DNA of 64,000 nt from an uncultured archaeon. GTDB taxonomy: Archaea; Aenigmatarchaeota; Aenigmatarchaeia; QMZP01; JAFGSV01. The position numbers were made by a program, and so were the translations under genes. Shown in pieces: positions 1 to 10,126 of the stretch. Under the pieces are notes generated by a model. The model was given only the letters and a program-made list of their open reading frames with translations, was not told the DNA's origin and did not search any database. Location of the stretch: NCBI GenBank assembly GCA_964559215.1, contig CAZLFZ010000002.1, forward strand, positions 18,195 through 82,194, in the 5' to 3' direction. Position 1 is the first letter of the stretch; the number at the start of each line of letters is the position of its first letter.

Positions 1-142
1 GCATAACGGTATAATGAAGGGAAGGCCTGTTAATTCAATTTCCGGGCTAGACATTATTGACGATTTCAGTAGGATTCCGGCACCATGCGACAGTTTTTGT
101 TCAAGCTGGGGAGGTTTGTGCAAGGCTGGTCGGGGGCGGAGG

Positions 143-190
143 TTGTGTAAAAAGTCAACGTTTTGTGTATAAGGGGTTGTGTAGAAAACG
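143..190 (-). promoter_or_regulatory. Array of three copies of the CTTTTTACACA-family motif. On the minus strand the three units begin at 143, 163 and 179. A 25-nt core, ACACAAAACGTTGACTTTTTACACA, is a near-perfect inverted copy of 2739-2764.
   Basis: Read directly: TTGTGTAAAAAG, TTTTGTGTATAAGG and GTTGTGTAGAAAACG on the plus strand are reverse complements of the 2731-2786 units. Confidence 0.5.
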
Positions 191-441
191 TATTAAAATT
201 TGGTAAATTTGGGTTCTTCTCAGAAAAATTTGGTGGGTTTTCTTCGTAAAATGATCAATCAAAAATTAATTTAAATAAAAATTATCAACTTAACAGATCA
301 TTTCTAAACAGCCGGTACCTTTAGGGTTCGAAGTTTTATTATTCCGTCCAAAAAAGGATGCAACCCCTCCCACGGTTAGGATGCGAACCGGTAATATGGG
401 GCTTTGCATTAAAACGTACTTCGGTATATCGCGTCTTTGCT

Positions 442-1092
442 TTATTCGAAAATTTCCCTGACCTTCTCTTCAACGTCTTTTCTCACTATGAGCACGACAC
501 TGTCCCCCACTTTCAGCTTTTCCGTTTCTTGCGGTATGATAAAGCTGCCTTCCCTCTTTATCGCAACCACGAGGGACTCCATGGGAAGCTCGATTTTCAC
601 CACCGCCCTGTTCGCGGCCTTCGATTTCTTCTTAACCTCCAACTCGAGCAAATCCAGCTGGCCCTTGTGCATGATTGCCATATCAACGATATTCGGCTCC
701 AGTATCATGCCTTTTAGTTCTTCAACCGTTGATGTTTCGGGGGAGACCACATTGCTGACCCCGATTTTCAGGAATATTTTTTTGTACTCCTCTTTCGTGG
801 CCCTTGTTATTATAGCCGCATTGGAAAGCTCCTTCGCAACAAGACAGACCAGCAGGTTTATTTCATCCTCGCCGGTGACAACAACGAGCACATCGGCTTC
901 CTTCACCCCCGCCTCTTCCAGAACATCCGGTTCGGTTGCATCGCCGTGTATGACCGTCGCATTCAGCTCGTCGGCCAGGGCCTTGCACAAGTCCTCGTCC
1001 CTCTCTATCAAAACGATGTCCTGCTTCTTTTTGGACAGGGATTTTGTCAGCCCCGACCCGATCTCGCCACCGCCGACTATCATTATCCTCAT
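442..1092 (-). CDS. trkA: K+ transport system NAD-binding protein TrkA (TrkA-N plus TrkA-C)
   Basis: MRIMIVGGGEIGSGL Rossmann GxGxxG motif; overall TrkA architecture; 4-nt gap to trkH. Confidence 0.9.
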   Translation of the reverse strand: MRIMIVGGGEIGSGLTKSLSKKKQDIVLIERDEDLCKALADELNATVIHGDATEPDVLEEAGVKEADVLVVVTGEDEINLLVCLVAKELSNAAIITRATKEEYKKIFLKIGVSNVVSPETSTVEELKGMILEPNIVDMAIMHKGQLDLLELEVKKKSKAANRAVVKIELPMESLVVAIKREGSFIIPQETEKLKVGDSVVLIVRKDVEEKVREIFE

Positions 1093-1095
1093 AGC

Positions 1096-2460
1096 CTATC
1101 TACCCCTTATGACGTAAATGATGAATATCAGCACGGACCATATCTCCAGCCTTCCAATCCACATGTTAAATATTAGGACAGTCTTGCTTATTATGCTTAA
1201 TTCCGGTATGACGGACAATCCGACATTCCCCTGGGCCGAAGCGGCCTGGAACAGGGAATCAACCGCCGAGTTTCCATGGAACATCAGAACGAAACTGGAA
1301 AACACAAGGAAAATTATGTAAATCCCTATGAACTTGAAAATCGCCTGGACCTCTTCATCCGTATAACTGATATTCCCTATTCTCATCGGTGGGATAAGCC
1401 TGGGCTTCAGCAACTTCTTTATGTTATCACTGATCGTATTGAAGAATATCAGAACCCTGTTGAGCTTCAAAGCCCCCACCGTTGAACCCGCCGCTCCCCC
1501 GAAAATCATCAGAACAATAAGCACAGACTTGGAGTAATCGCCCCATCCGGTCAGGTTCTGCACCTGGAATCCTGAACACGTTATGCCCGAGACCGCGTGG
1601 AAAACACCTGCCCTCAAGGAATGGAAAGGCAGCAACAGCAAGGTTGCCACAATAATGAGCACTATCAGGGTGAGGGTTTGCGTGTCCTTGAGCGCTTTTT
1701 TCCTGTCCCCCGCGATCAATTGATAGTGCATGAAAAAGGAAACGGCCCCCAGCACCATTATGAGCATCATGACAACCTCTATCCCGAAAGAGTCGTACAG
1801 GCCTATGCTTTCCGGATGCACCCCCATGCCCCCGGTTGCTATCCCCGTCATGGCATAATTGACCGAATCGAACAAAGGCATGCCGACAAGGAAGAGCAAG
1901 AAGATGCCGACAATCGTGTAAAAAATGTATATCCACCAGATGGTCTTCAAGGCGTTTATTACATTGGGCTTTATCCTTTCATGCCCCTCGATGATGTACA
2001 GGGTGTTGGCGGTCTTGAACAAACCCGACAAAGCAAGGATTACTATGCCTATGCCCCCGACCCATTGCTCTAAACTCCTCCAGAAGAGTATGGATTTGGA
2101 CGTCCTTTCCAGGTCCAGCAAGCTGAAACCGGTTGTTGTCCAGGCGCTCATTGATTCGAACAGGGCGTCCACAAAAGGGACATTCTCCACGAAAACGAAA
2201 GGTATCGTACTTATCAGCGTCACCACCAGCCAGATCATCGCAACCGTGGCCATCCCTTCCTTGAACTTGGTTCCTTGTTCGGTGTAGAATGCCCTTTCAA
2301 GGGTAAGCCCCAAGATAAAGGATATCAAAAAGCCAATGAAAAAGTACTGGATAGAATGGTATTCACCGTATATGATTGCAACTATTATAGGGACGAGAAA
2401 AACAAATCCGGCGTATTTCAAACAAGTTCCCAGAGACTTCAACACCACTTTCGTTTCCAT
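1096..2460 (-). CDS. trkH: K+ transporter TrkH/KtrB family membrane subunit
   Basis: 454 aa, multi-pass membrane protein, TrkH-like repeats, operonic with trkA. Confidence 0.9.
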   Translation of the reverse strand: METKVVLKSLGTCLKYAGFVFLVPIIVAIIYGEYHSIQYFFIGFLISFILGLTLERAFYTEQGTKFKEGMATVAMIWLVVTLISTIPFVFVENVPFVDALFESMSAWTTTGFSLLDLERTSKSILFWRSLEQWVGGIGIVILALSGLFKTANTLYIIEGHERIKPNVINALKTIWWIYIFYTIVGIFLLFLVGMPLFDSVNYAMTGIATGGMGVHPESIGLYDSFGIEVVMMLIMVLGAVSFFMHYQLIAGDRKKALKDTQTLTLIVLIIVATLLLLPFHSLRAGVFHAVSGITCSGFQVQNLTGWGDYSKSVLIVLMIFGGAAGSTVGALKLNRVLIFFNTISDNIKKLLKPRLIPPMRIGNISYTDEEVQAIFKFIGIYIIFLVFSSFVLMFHGNSAVDSLFQAASAQGNVGLSVIPELSIISKTVLIFNMWIGRLEIWSVLIFIIYVIRGR

Positions 2461-2599
2461 TCGATTCCCTGCACACTTATTGTTTGCAATTGTTTATAGT
2501 ATTTAGATGCCCGTTTAATGAAGCTGATGGAAGCATGTATCCTTCGATTTTTGAACCAACCCCAATTAATTTTATCATCGAAAGTAAGCTTAAAAATTT

Positions 2600-2786
2600 G
2601 GCTGTGTAGAAATCATATTTGTTAGGGTGCCTCCCTAACTATTTATTGTACAACGGTTCTGGAAACTTTGAGAGGTTGTGAACTTGATGCTCCTTTTGAT
2701 TTTTTAGAATAAATGTTTGCTCACATTTCCACTTTTTACACAAAACGTTGACTTTTTACACAGAAGGCACTTTTTACACAAAAACG
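2600..2786. promoter_or_regulatory. Intergenic motif array: one inverted unit (GGCTGTGTAGAAATCA, 2600-2615) plus three direct CTTTTTACACA units (2731-2786) spaced about 19 bp apart.
   Basis: Direct repeats ACTTTTTACACAAAACG, TTGACTTTTTACACAGAAGG and CACTTTTTACACAAAAACG. Sits in the divergent region between trkH (minus) and the Zn-ribbon gene (plus). Confidence 0.5.
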
Positions 2787-2880
2787 ATTTTTGCTGAAAC
2801 GCTTATAAAGCTATTAGTTCAAGAAGGGGCAATGGGCGTCTGGAGTTCATTCTCTTTTCGCCTCAATTGGAGGAGATATT

Positions 2881-3054
2881 ATGGGAAATTTCGGCAATCG
2901 CGGATCCAGAGGCCCCAGAAGGGATTTTGGTCCGAGAGAAATGCACAAGGCAATCTGCGCGGAATGTAAGAAAGAATGTGAAGTTCCGTTCAAACCGACA
3001 GAAGGCAGGCCGGTATATTGCAAAGAATGCTTCGCGAAAAGAAGAGAATTTTAA
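2881..3054 (+). CDS. Small Zn-ribbon protein (CxxC-x17-CxxC); 57 aa; missed by the >=60-aa ORF track
   Basis: Hand translation: MGNFGNRGSRGPRRDFGPREMHKAICAECKKECEVPFKPTEGRPVYCKECFAKRREF. GGAGGAG RBS-like sequence lies just upstream of the ATG. The overlapping 63-aa frame at 2867..3058 has no such features. Confidence 0.6.
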   Translation: MGNFGNRGSRGPRRDFGPREMHKAICAECKKECEVPFKPTEGRPVYCKECFAKRREF

Positions 3055-3144
3055 TTAGGCGCGTTCTTTAAACAACAGTAATTGATTTTAGGTTTTTTTA
3101 CATTTTGGATTTCAGCAAGCAAGAATCAACGTTAAAAACAAAGA

Positions 3145-3887
3145 TTATAATCTCAATTTGCCTTTCTGAAATTCCCTGATTATCATTCTTGCAGCTCTCT
3201 GAACGTCAGGCAGTCCGCCCTTTTTCAATAAATGCGCTTTTAGGGCAATTTTTTCAATGGTCTCACTGTGATCATCTTCGGGGCCAACTCCGAAATATTT
3301 CTCAATGACACCTGGATATTTTTTCATTACGTTTTCCAAGGCGTCGACCGGGTCTTTAACTCTATCGAAATCGGTTGAGCCTATGAGGAGATGTTTCAAT
3401 CTATCCCTTTCACCATACGGAATAACACCAGGAGTATCGATTAAAAGTATTCTTTTTTCAGTCCGAATAAATTTTTCCGATTTCGTGTGTCCTGAAATTA
3501 TGCTTGTAGAAGCAGATTTTCTCCCCTTCAACATGTTAATGATCGATGATTTACCCACATTGGGATACCCGAGTACACCAACTTTCAAGGAGCAGTTTTT
3601 CCCATATTTCCTTTCCCCGATTATGAATATCCTTTCCCTGAGGTTTGATTTTCCACTACGGTTGGTTGCTGACACCAGCACATATGGCCTTGGAATGCTG
3701 CTTTCATCGATATTATCCTTCAGGTCGGTCTTGGTAACAGCATAGAAATATGGCTTATTTTGTTTTTTGATTTTTGCGATAATTTCGTCATTTACCGTTT
3801 CGTGAATGAATCTCGCATCTAAAACGATTACCAGGATGTCAGACTTTCTAATAGTTGAATTTACTGAATTCCATGATTTTTTCATAA
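3145..3887 (-). CDS. Circularly permuted GTPase, YlqF/RbgA (Nug/Lsg1-like) ribosome-biogenesis family
   Basis: Motif order G4 (TKTD), then G1 (GYPNVGKSS), then G3 (DTPG). Start chosen at MKKSWNS; the ORF track extends it to 3975 through the upstream motif array. Confidence 0.75.
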
Positions 3888-3923
3888 TGAACAAACAACA
3901 AGAGTAAATAAAAGTGCAACCTA

Positions 3924-4005
3924 GACTTTCTACACAAACCCCTGACTTTTTACACAGAACGGACTTATCACACAAAGCCGGTTCTATGGCTGTGTAGAAA
4001 ACATC
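3924..4005. promoter_or_regulatory. Motif array upstream of the GTPase gene: three direct units (GACTTTCTACACAAACC, TGACTTTTTACACAGAACGG, ACTTATCACACAAAGCC) and one inverted unit (GGCTGTGTAGAAAAC).
   Basis: Same motif family as 143-190 and 2600-2786. Confidence 0.5.
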
Positions 4006-4243
4006 AATAAGAACAAAGTAATTATTTTGTCAGCTATGTTCATTCTCTCACCAATTCCAGATTTCCCCGGCTGTTTATTGAAATCAGTTATTTCTCTGAT
4101 TTAAGTTCTTTAGGTCTAGCTTCTATCTAGGTATTTTGATGGTCCTGGCTCTTGGCTTGTTAATTTCGCCCTTAAATCGGATGTATTATAACTGTTAAGT
4201 AGGTAATCGTAATGAATTTAAAACTATACACCACTTCTTATTT

Positions 4244-6001
4244 ATGTCAGAAAGTGTCCCAAAAGGCATCGAACTCGGAAAGGTTGGGTATCTTGGCCCA
4301 AAACATACTTTTACACACGTAGCAGGCAGGGGTATCGTGGACAGATATTATCCTGGCTCTGAAAATCCTGATTCTCCCCTCGTTGGGATGAAAAACAATC
4401 TCGGGGTAATAAAAGCCGTATCCGAAGGGAAAGTGGATTCAGGCGTTGTTACCATCCAAAACCTTTATGGAGGCCGGGTACCTGATGTGGTGGCAGGTCT
4501 TTACGAATTTGCCAAATCCCACAATGTGAGAATAGTGGATTCCATCAACGTTCCAATCACGATGTGCATCGGGGGCGTGTGTGATAGTGAAAAAGTAAAT
4601 AAGGTGGCATCCAAAGATGTGGCATTGCAGCAGTGTTCAAAATATCTTGAACAACATCATCCAAACGCTGAATGGGAATATATCGAAAGCACTGCGAGAG
4701 GAATGGAGCTCGTTGCCGCGAGAGAACCCAGATACGAATTTGCAGCAGCTCTTGGTGCAAGGCAAGGATTTGAGGAATTTGGAATCGATATATTTGACGA
4801 AGATATCGCAAATGTCACTCCAAACAAGACCAGGTTCCTTCTCATCAAGTCTGGAAAAATTAGGCATGGCCGATCAAAAAAGGGTACGACGGATGTCACA
4901 ACGGTTGCTGTGGAACCTTGCAGAACCTATAGGAATCTATCCGGTGAATTGTTAGACCTCGCAAACGATTGCGGGACTGTGGTCAAATACGTATATACAA
5001 AACCGACAGGCACGGATTACGAAACCGTTTTTCTGGATATCATTGGCCATCGCTCTGAAAAAAATGTTCAGCTTTTTTTATCCAAACTTAAACAAGGCAG
5101 TATCGGGAAGAAAACGGATCACGTATTACTTGGCTGTTACCCGTTCTACGAATTCTTCGAGCCTAATATAAGAAGGATTGGCATAGTTGGAGGCACAGCG
5201 GGCTTAAATAAGCTGGTGGGTGATTTTTACACAAATTGCGGTTATGATACCCATGTGGCGCGAGACGATGAAAAATCCATTAAATTCGTCGCGAGAAATT
5301 CTGACGTTATTGTCGTTAACAGGGCCGGGAGAAAAAGACTTGTGAAAATTCTGCCGATGATCAAAGACTATCTAGGTTCCGAAAAATTGCTGGTTATTAA
5401 CTCGTCAAATCCGAACCATGTCAAGCAAGGGATGTCTGATGTTAAATTGGACGCAAATATATTGTTCATGGATGCTCCCGTTGCAAAGAAGGCACCAATT
5501 ACAGGGCAAAATGTTATTTTCATAGGCGATGTTGATCTAACTCCCGGGTCGATACAGTCAGAATTCGTTGCGGTTTATGATGGCAAAAAGGCAAACGTAT
5601 CATTTACCGATTTCGATACTCACAAATTGTATAGGGATTTCTCAACGGAAGGTCTAACGCTTGCATCTTTGTTTTATGTTGATTTGGCAAGAAGATTGGG
5701 AATTGATTTTGGTAAGCTTGGTGATTTTACAAGTCCGCCTGAAGCAATTCTTGCTGATCTGGCAAGGAAAACGGTTGCTTACAACCCGGATGTTGTTTCC
5801 AATCACCTGCAAAGATTTTTACATGATAAAGGCGGCGTAGTCAAGGCGTGCGGGGAGGGAATTTCCAAAACGCCAGACCTTTCGGAGGATGATATCAGGA
5901 AAGTGATTCAAGAGGCCATAGACGCAACCACCGATATTCATGGGGCCATCGAAAGGGTAACTTCATTGTATAGACACATGCACGGCCCCGCAGATTTATG
6001 A
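4244..6001 (+). CDS. pheA: Prephenate dehydratase (PDT plus ACT domain) fused to a C-terminal Rossmann-fold NAD(P)-binding domain (prephenate/arogenate dehydrogenase-like)
   Basis: N-terminal region reads VGYLGPKHTFTHVAG...TRFLLIK as PDT; an ACT-like segment follows; the C-terminal half starts RIGIVGGTAGLNKL (GxGxxG). Confidence 0.6.
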   Translation: MSESVPKGIELGKVGYLGPKHTFTHVAGRGIVDRYYPGSENPDSPLVGMKNNLGVIKAVSEGKVDSGVVTIQNLYGGRVPDVVAGLYEFAKSHNVRIVDSINVPITMCIGGVCDSEKVNKVASKDVALQQCSKYLEQHHPNAEWEYIESTARGMELVAAREPRYEFAAALGARQGFEEFGIDIFDEDIANVTPNKTRFLLIKSGKIRHGRSKKGTTDVTTVAVEPCRTYRNLSGELLDLANDCGTVVKYVYTKPTGTDYETVFLDIIGHRSEKNVQLFLSKLKQGSIGKKTDHVLLGCYPFYEFFEPNIRRIGIVGGTAGLNKLVGDFYTNCGYDTHVARDDEKSIKFVARNSDVIVVNRAGRKRLVKILPMIKDYLGSEKLLVINSSNPNHVKQGMSDVKLDANILFMDAPVAKKAPITGQNVIFIGDVDLTPGSIQSEFVAVYDGKKANVSFTDFDTHKLYRDFSTEGLTLASLFYVDLARRLGIDFGKLGDFTSPPEAILADLARKTVAYNPDVVSNHLQRFLHDKGGVVKACGEGISKTPDLSEDDIRKVIQEAIDATTDIHGAIERVTSLYRHMHGPADL

Positions 6002-6083
6002 TACTCAACGTCTTTTGGTTCAAACATTAAGCTTAAAAAATTTGGTGCCAAATACTTGTATTCAGGATCGGTGAAGTGATTTC

Positions 6084-6365
6084 ATGCCAAAGAACAGGGT
6101 GAGGAGACACTCGAAGACGAGATTTTATAACAGGCCCCCGCCAGGGGGGGATTACAAAGCAAGGATTCGTCAGCAAAAAAGATACCTTGAAAATTCTTCG
6201 GTAGATTTCACTGGTTTAGGAACTCTTGGCCGCAGCGGGCAGACATTTCCGCCATATGGCCAAGGGGGTGAAGTGATTTATAGGAAGGGTGAAGGGCCTA
6301 AAAAAGAACCACCCGTATCTTCATACAGACCGTCATCTTTTGGTTATGGCGACCTGGCTTGGTAA
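6084..6365 (+). CDS. Hypothetical small basic, low-complexity protein
   Basis: AAGCTTAAAAAATTTGG promoter-like element about 40 bp upstream (6028); no recognisable domain. Confidence 0.3.
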   Translation: MPKNRVRRHSKTRFYNRPPPGGDYKARIRQQKRYLENSSVDFTGLGTLGRSGQTFPPYGQGGEVIYRKGEGPKKEPPVSSYRPSSFGYGDLAW

Positions 6366-6408
6366 TTATTAGTACGTAAAATAAAAATACCCTTTTGTTA
6401 TTATTAAT

Positions 6409-6723
6409 ATGAACGAGCTGGCCGTTGCCGGGGTCACCATTGCTGTTGCCGCAGGGTTATCCCTCGCCGTTTACCATTACTGGCGTCACAGGAGATGGGC
6501 AAGCAGCTTCCTGCTCTTCTTGCTGCCGGTGCTGGCTTATTTCCTGTGGCATTTCTCGGTTGAGGCATACCAGTGGGGGGAGGTGTGGAGAACCGCCAGG
6601 GAGGTGACTCTCGAACTGGACATCGCCGTAGCCCTGATAGACCTCAAGCTCCTTTTCACGGTTTTCATGCTGCTGTTGTGGATTTATGTGTGGAACAGCG
6701 TCGATATCGGGGATAGAAGGTAG
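6409..6723 (+). CDS. Hypothetical membrane protein
   Basis: Three predicted TM helices. Confidence 0.4.
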   Translation: MNELAVAGVTIAVAAGLSLAVYHYWRHRRWASSFLLFLLPVLAYFLWHFSVEAYQWGEVWRTAREVTLELDIAVALIDLKLLFTVFMLLLWIYVWNSVDIGDRR

Positions 6724-6777
6724 CTAAACCGAAAAAAATAGGTAGTGTTTATTAGTGTTTGCACCCAAAATCTCAAT

Positions 6778-7068
6778 ATGAAAGCCCTTGCTTTTGTCTT
6801 AACCGCGTTAATTTCGATTTTAGTGGTTTCTGCGGCTGTGCCCACCGCTCTTGCGGACGACGGCGAGACCGCCGCAGACCAGGAAAAAGACCAAACCAAT
6901 GAATCCCTGAGCACGAGCGTCGCTTTCGGCAAGGTTTGCGTGACCGTGGTTGAATGGCGTCCCGACCTGGCTGGAATCGGTGCCGGCCTGTTCACGCACA
7001 GCGAGTTTGATTTCTCCAGGTTTTTCGATGAAGTGGGCAAGTCGCTAGCAAGCCTGCTCGGGCTTTGA
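6778..7068 (+). CDS. Small secreted protein (signal peptide MKALAFVLTALISILVVSAAVPTALA)
   Basis: Canonical signal peptide followed by an acidic mature region; start chosen at the internal Met. Confidence 0.4.
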   Translation: MKALAFVLTALISILVVSAAVPTALADDGETAADQEKDQTNESLSTSVAFGKVCVTVVEWRPDLAGIGAGLFTHSEFDFSRFFDEVGKSLASLLGL

Positions 7069-7094
7069 AGTCTGTTTATTTGTTTGCTGGCTTT

Positions 7095-7301
7095 TTATAC
7101 CGGTTCGCGCTGCCTCAGCAACAGCCACAGGACAAGCAGGAAACAGAATACCGAGAATATGAACCCGGAAAACACGAACATGAAGCCTACGTTGTAAATT
7201 TCAGGGCTTTTGAGCTCCACGCCCTTGAACATCATGTTCCCGCCGTGAAAGAGTATGATGAATATGAGGAACAGCAAGCTGAGATACACCTTGATGTCCA
7301 T
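7095..7301 (-). CDS. Small hydrophobic membrane protein
   Basis: Two TM segments; competes with the low-complexity plus-strand ORF 7065..7670. Confidence 0.3.
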   Translation of the reverse strand: MDIKVYLSLLFLIFIILFHGGNMMFKGVELKSPEIYNVGFMFVFSGFIFSVFCFLLVLWLLLRQREPV

Positions 7302-7348
7302 ATTGATTATTGCTTTGTTCTGAATAAAAAGTTTAGGCTATATTTAGG

Positions 7349-7603
7349 CTATATTTTGATTCGCGAGAATGTTCTCATAAGCGCTATTCTCAGACCTGAC
7401 GCGAGAAGAGCAACGGAGACGGAGATGAGCAGGATGGACAACGGATCGATGTCGATTCTGCCCCTGATGAGGCATGGAATGAGCTGTATCAGTAAACCGA
7501 CAACGGAAACGAGTATGAAAACTACCGCGAAAGTCAGGAATGTGCTCGCCAACAACTTTACAATGATTCTGAACAAAAGAGCTTCCAGGTCCATCAGGCC
7601 CAC
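7349..7603 (-). CDS. Small hydrophobic membrane protein
   Basis: Two TM segments. Confidence 0.3.
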   Translation of the reverse strand: MGLMDLEALLFRIIVKLLASTFLTFAVVFILVSVVGLLIQLIPCLIRGRIDIDPLSILLISVSVALLASGLRIALMRTFSRIKI

Positions 7604-7671
7604 GGTTTATTTTTGGTCCCGAATCTATATTAATAATCTGGAATTTCTATATCTATTGAGGTTCTGTTGAG

Positions 7672-8865
7672 GTGCCTGGCATGCAGTTGTGGACCGAAAA
7701 GCACAAGCCCAAAAGAGTAGAAGATGTGGTAGGCCAGAAGAGGGCGATACTCGATACTCTCGATTTTCTCGACAATTGGCAACCTGGGCATGCCTTGCTG
7801 TTTCACGGGCCGGCTGGTGTGGGCAAAACCCTGCTGGCCGAGGTTGCTGCCCAGGAAAGGGACTGGGCGCTCGTGCAAATCAACGCGTCCGATTCGAGAA
7901 CGGGGAAAGAACTCGAGGGGCTGCTGGGCCAGAGCTCGCGGCAGCAGACCCTGTTCCACCCTGGGAAAATCATACTCATAGACGAAGTTGACGGCATAAG
8001 CGGCAGGGAGAGGGGCGCGGGATCGAGCATAGTCAAGATAATAAAGAATTCAAAATTCCCGATAATATTGTCCGCGAATGACGTATGGAAACCCAAGCTA
8101 AGGCCGTTGAGGCAGTACTGCACCATGGTCAAATTCAACAGGATACCCTATCCGAGCATAGCCAAGAGGCTGAGGGAGATTGCGAAAAGGGAGAACGTAA
8201 AAGCCGACGACGGGGTGCTTAAAGACCTGGCGAGATGGGCGTCTGGAGACATCAGGTCCGCGTTGCTTGACCTGCAACTGCTGTCGGCCGGGCACGACTC
8301 TGTTACGGAGCACGACCTGGATGCCCTTGGATACAGGGAAAGGGAGAGGACCATCCTGAATGTCCTGCCGACGCTGTTCTTTTCGGGGTCGCTGAAAGCC
8401 TCGAGGAAGGTGATCCGGGAAGTGGGCAAAGACCCGGACGAGGTTTTCTGGTGGCTGGAGAGCAACCTCGCGCTCGCGTACAAGGACATCGGTTCGCTGG
8501 CAGATGGCTATGAACTGCTGGCCAAGGCCAATCTGTTCAGGTCCATCGTCCTCAAGCAGCAGAACTGGAGATTCAAGGCCTACATGATCGACCTGATGTC
8601 AGGGGTTTCCCTGTTCAAGGACGAGCACCACGGGTTTGTCCCGTTCAAGGCTCCTTACAGGCTTGTCAGACTAGGGCAGACAAGGCAAAAAAGGGCGCTG
8701 CTGGGCTCCTTGTCCAGAAAGCTTGGCGAGCGCCTGCACTGCTCATCGCGTGTCATAAAAAGGGAATACCTCCCTTACCTGCGCTTCATGCTGCTCAAGA
8801 AGGCCGAGTTGGCAGAGGAATACGAGCTGACAGAAGAAGAGCTTGATGCGATAAAGAAATACTGA
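7672..8865 (+). CDS. rfcL: Replication factor C large subunit
   Basis: WTEKHKPKRVEDVVGQ; Walker A GPAGVGKT; DEVD box; length and C-terminal region typical of archaeal RfcL. Confidence 0.85.
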   Translation: MPGMQLWTEKHKPKRVEDVVGQKRAILDTLDFLDNWQPGHALLFHGPAGVGKTLLAEVAAQERDWALVQINASDSRTGKELEGLLGQSSRQQTLFHPGKIILIDEVDGISGRERGAGSSIVKIIKNSKFPIILSANDVWKPKLRPLRQYCTMVKFNRIPYPSIAKRLREIAKRENVKADDGVLKDLARWASGDIRSALLDLQLLSAGHDSVTEHDLDALGYRERERTILNVLPTLFFSGSLKASRKVIREVGKDPDEVFWWLESNLALAYKDIGSLADGYELLAKANLFRSIVLKQQNWRFKAYMIDLMSGVSLFKDEHHGFVPFKAPYRLVRLGQTRQKRALLGSLSRKLGERLHCSSRVIKREYLPYLRFMLLKKAELAEEYELTEEELDAIKKY

Positions 8866-8867
8866 AG

Positions 8868-10126
8868 GGGGCCCGCCAGGGATTCCATTATTATATAATT
8901 TTTTTATCAATGTTTTGATTTGGGAAATAATAATGCAAACTGGTAATGATGGGATGGGTCCCACGGTAAGCTTAAATAGTATAAAAATATATCTCACATA
9001 TGAGATTGAAAATAAGTAAAAAATCTAGAATTGAGCTTTTCGAAGAACTGAAAAAAAGATTCGGGGTGAATAATCAATTTGAATTATCAAAAGAAATGGA
9101 TGTAAATTTAGGTGCTATTAAAAAGTGGAAAAGTGGTAAGCGGTATATACCTTCACAGATTATTCCAAAAGATTATATAAATAAACTAGAAATTGTCGCT
9201 GCAGAGAATGATAACTGGGGTGCAAGGAAAGGTGGAATAATAACTCAAAATAAATTGAAATCGAAATTCAAAGCATCATACTTGAAAAAAATTAAATCAA
9301 AAGGTGGTAAAAGAACTGGGGAAATGCTACAAAAATGGATAAAAATGCATAAAAAAATCCACTCTCGTTCCATATCAATCGGTAGATATAAAAAGAGTTA
9401 TAAAGAAGTTGTCGAAAGAATGGACGAGAATAAGGATATATTTGAAAATTCTAAGGAAATATTTTTTGATAATAGAGGGATTGTATATAGCAATTTTGAT
9501 AAATATAGAAAAATAATATTACCAAATAAATTGATTCCATTACTAGCCGAAGAAATTGGGATGCATATTGGTGATGGTACACTACCAAATAAAAAATATT
9601 ATTTCTCAATTAGAGGTTCCAAGTATGAAAAGAAGTACTTTTTGAATTTTGTCTTACCACTGTATAAAAGGCTTTTTAACCTCGATTTAAATTTGCTTGA
9701 GCGTGGACCTATATGCGGAATTGAGTTTTGTTCGAAGGCTGTATATTCTTTTAAGAGCAAGGTTTTAGGTTTGCCTATTGGCAAAAAAGCGGAGATTATC
9801 AAAGTACCAGATATGATAAAAAATTGCCAAAGAAGGGATATATTTGAATCACTTCTTCGAGGGATATTTGACACTGATGGTTGTATTTACTTAAATAGAA
9901 ATAAATCATATCCACATTTGCAAATTACTATAAAATCAAACATTCTCTTACAAGAAGTTCAAGAAATAAGCGAAAAACTTGGTTTTTTTCCAGCATTATA
10001 TTCAAAGGGATATTGCCTAAAGTTTAATGGTCCTGTGCAAATAGAGAAATGGTTTAATGAGATAGGTTCAAATAATTTTAAACATTTGAAGAGATTTGAA
10101 GAAATCAGGGATTATTTTGTTGAAAT
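8868..10126 (+). mobile_element. AT-rich insertion carrying a free-standing homing-endonuclease gene. It is bounded by imperfect inverted repeats, GGGCCCGCCAGGGATT at 8868 and AATCCGGGCGGGCCC at 10185-10199, the latter being the tRNA-Arg 3' end.
   Basis: GC drops sharply between 8886 and 10120; the inverted repeats were read by eye. Confidence 0.4.

Noticed and set aside
437-1117. 226-aa plus-strand ORF
   Set aside because: Antisense to trkA.
7065-7670. 201-aa plus-strand ORF
   Set aside because: The product is low-complexity (Q/E/Y-rich). It overlaps two hydrophobic minus-strand ORFs that look more protein-like, though both calls are weak.
8866-8885. GGGCCCGCC block taken as a 5' exon of an intron-containing tRNA-Arg
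   Set aside because: The downstream 73-nt tRNA-Arg is complete on its own, so the block is better read as an inverted-repeat boundary of the insertion.
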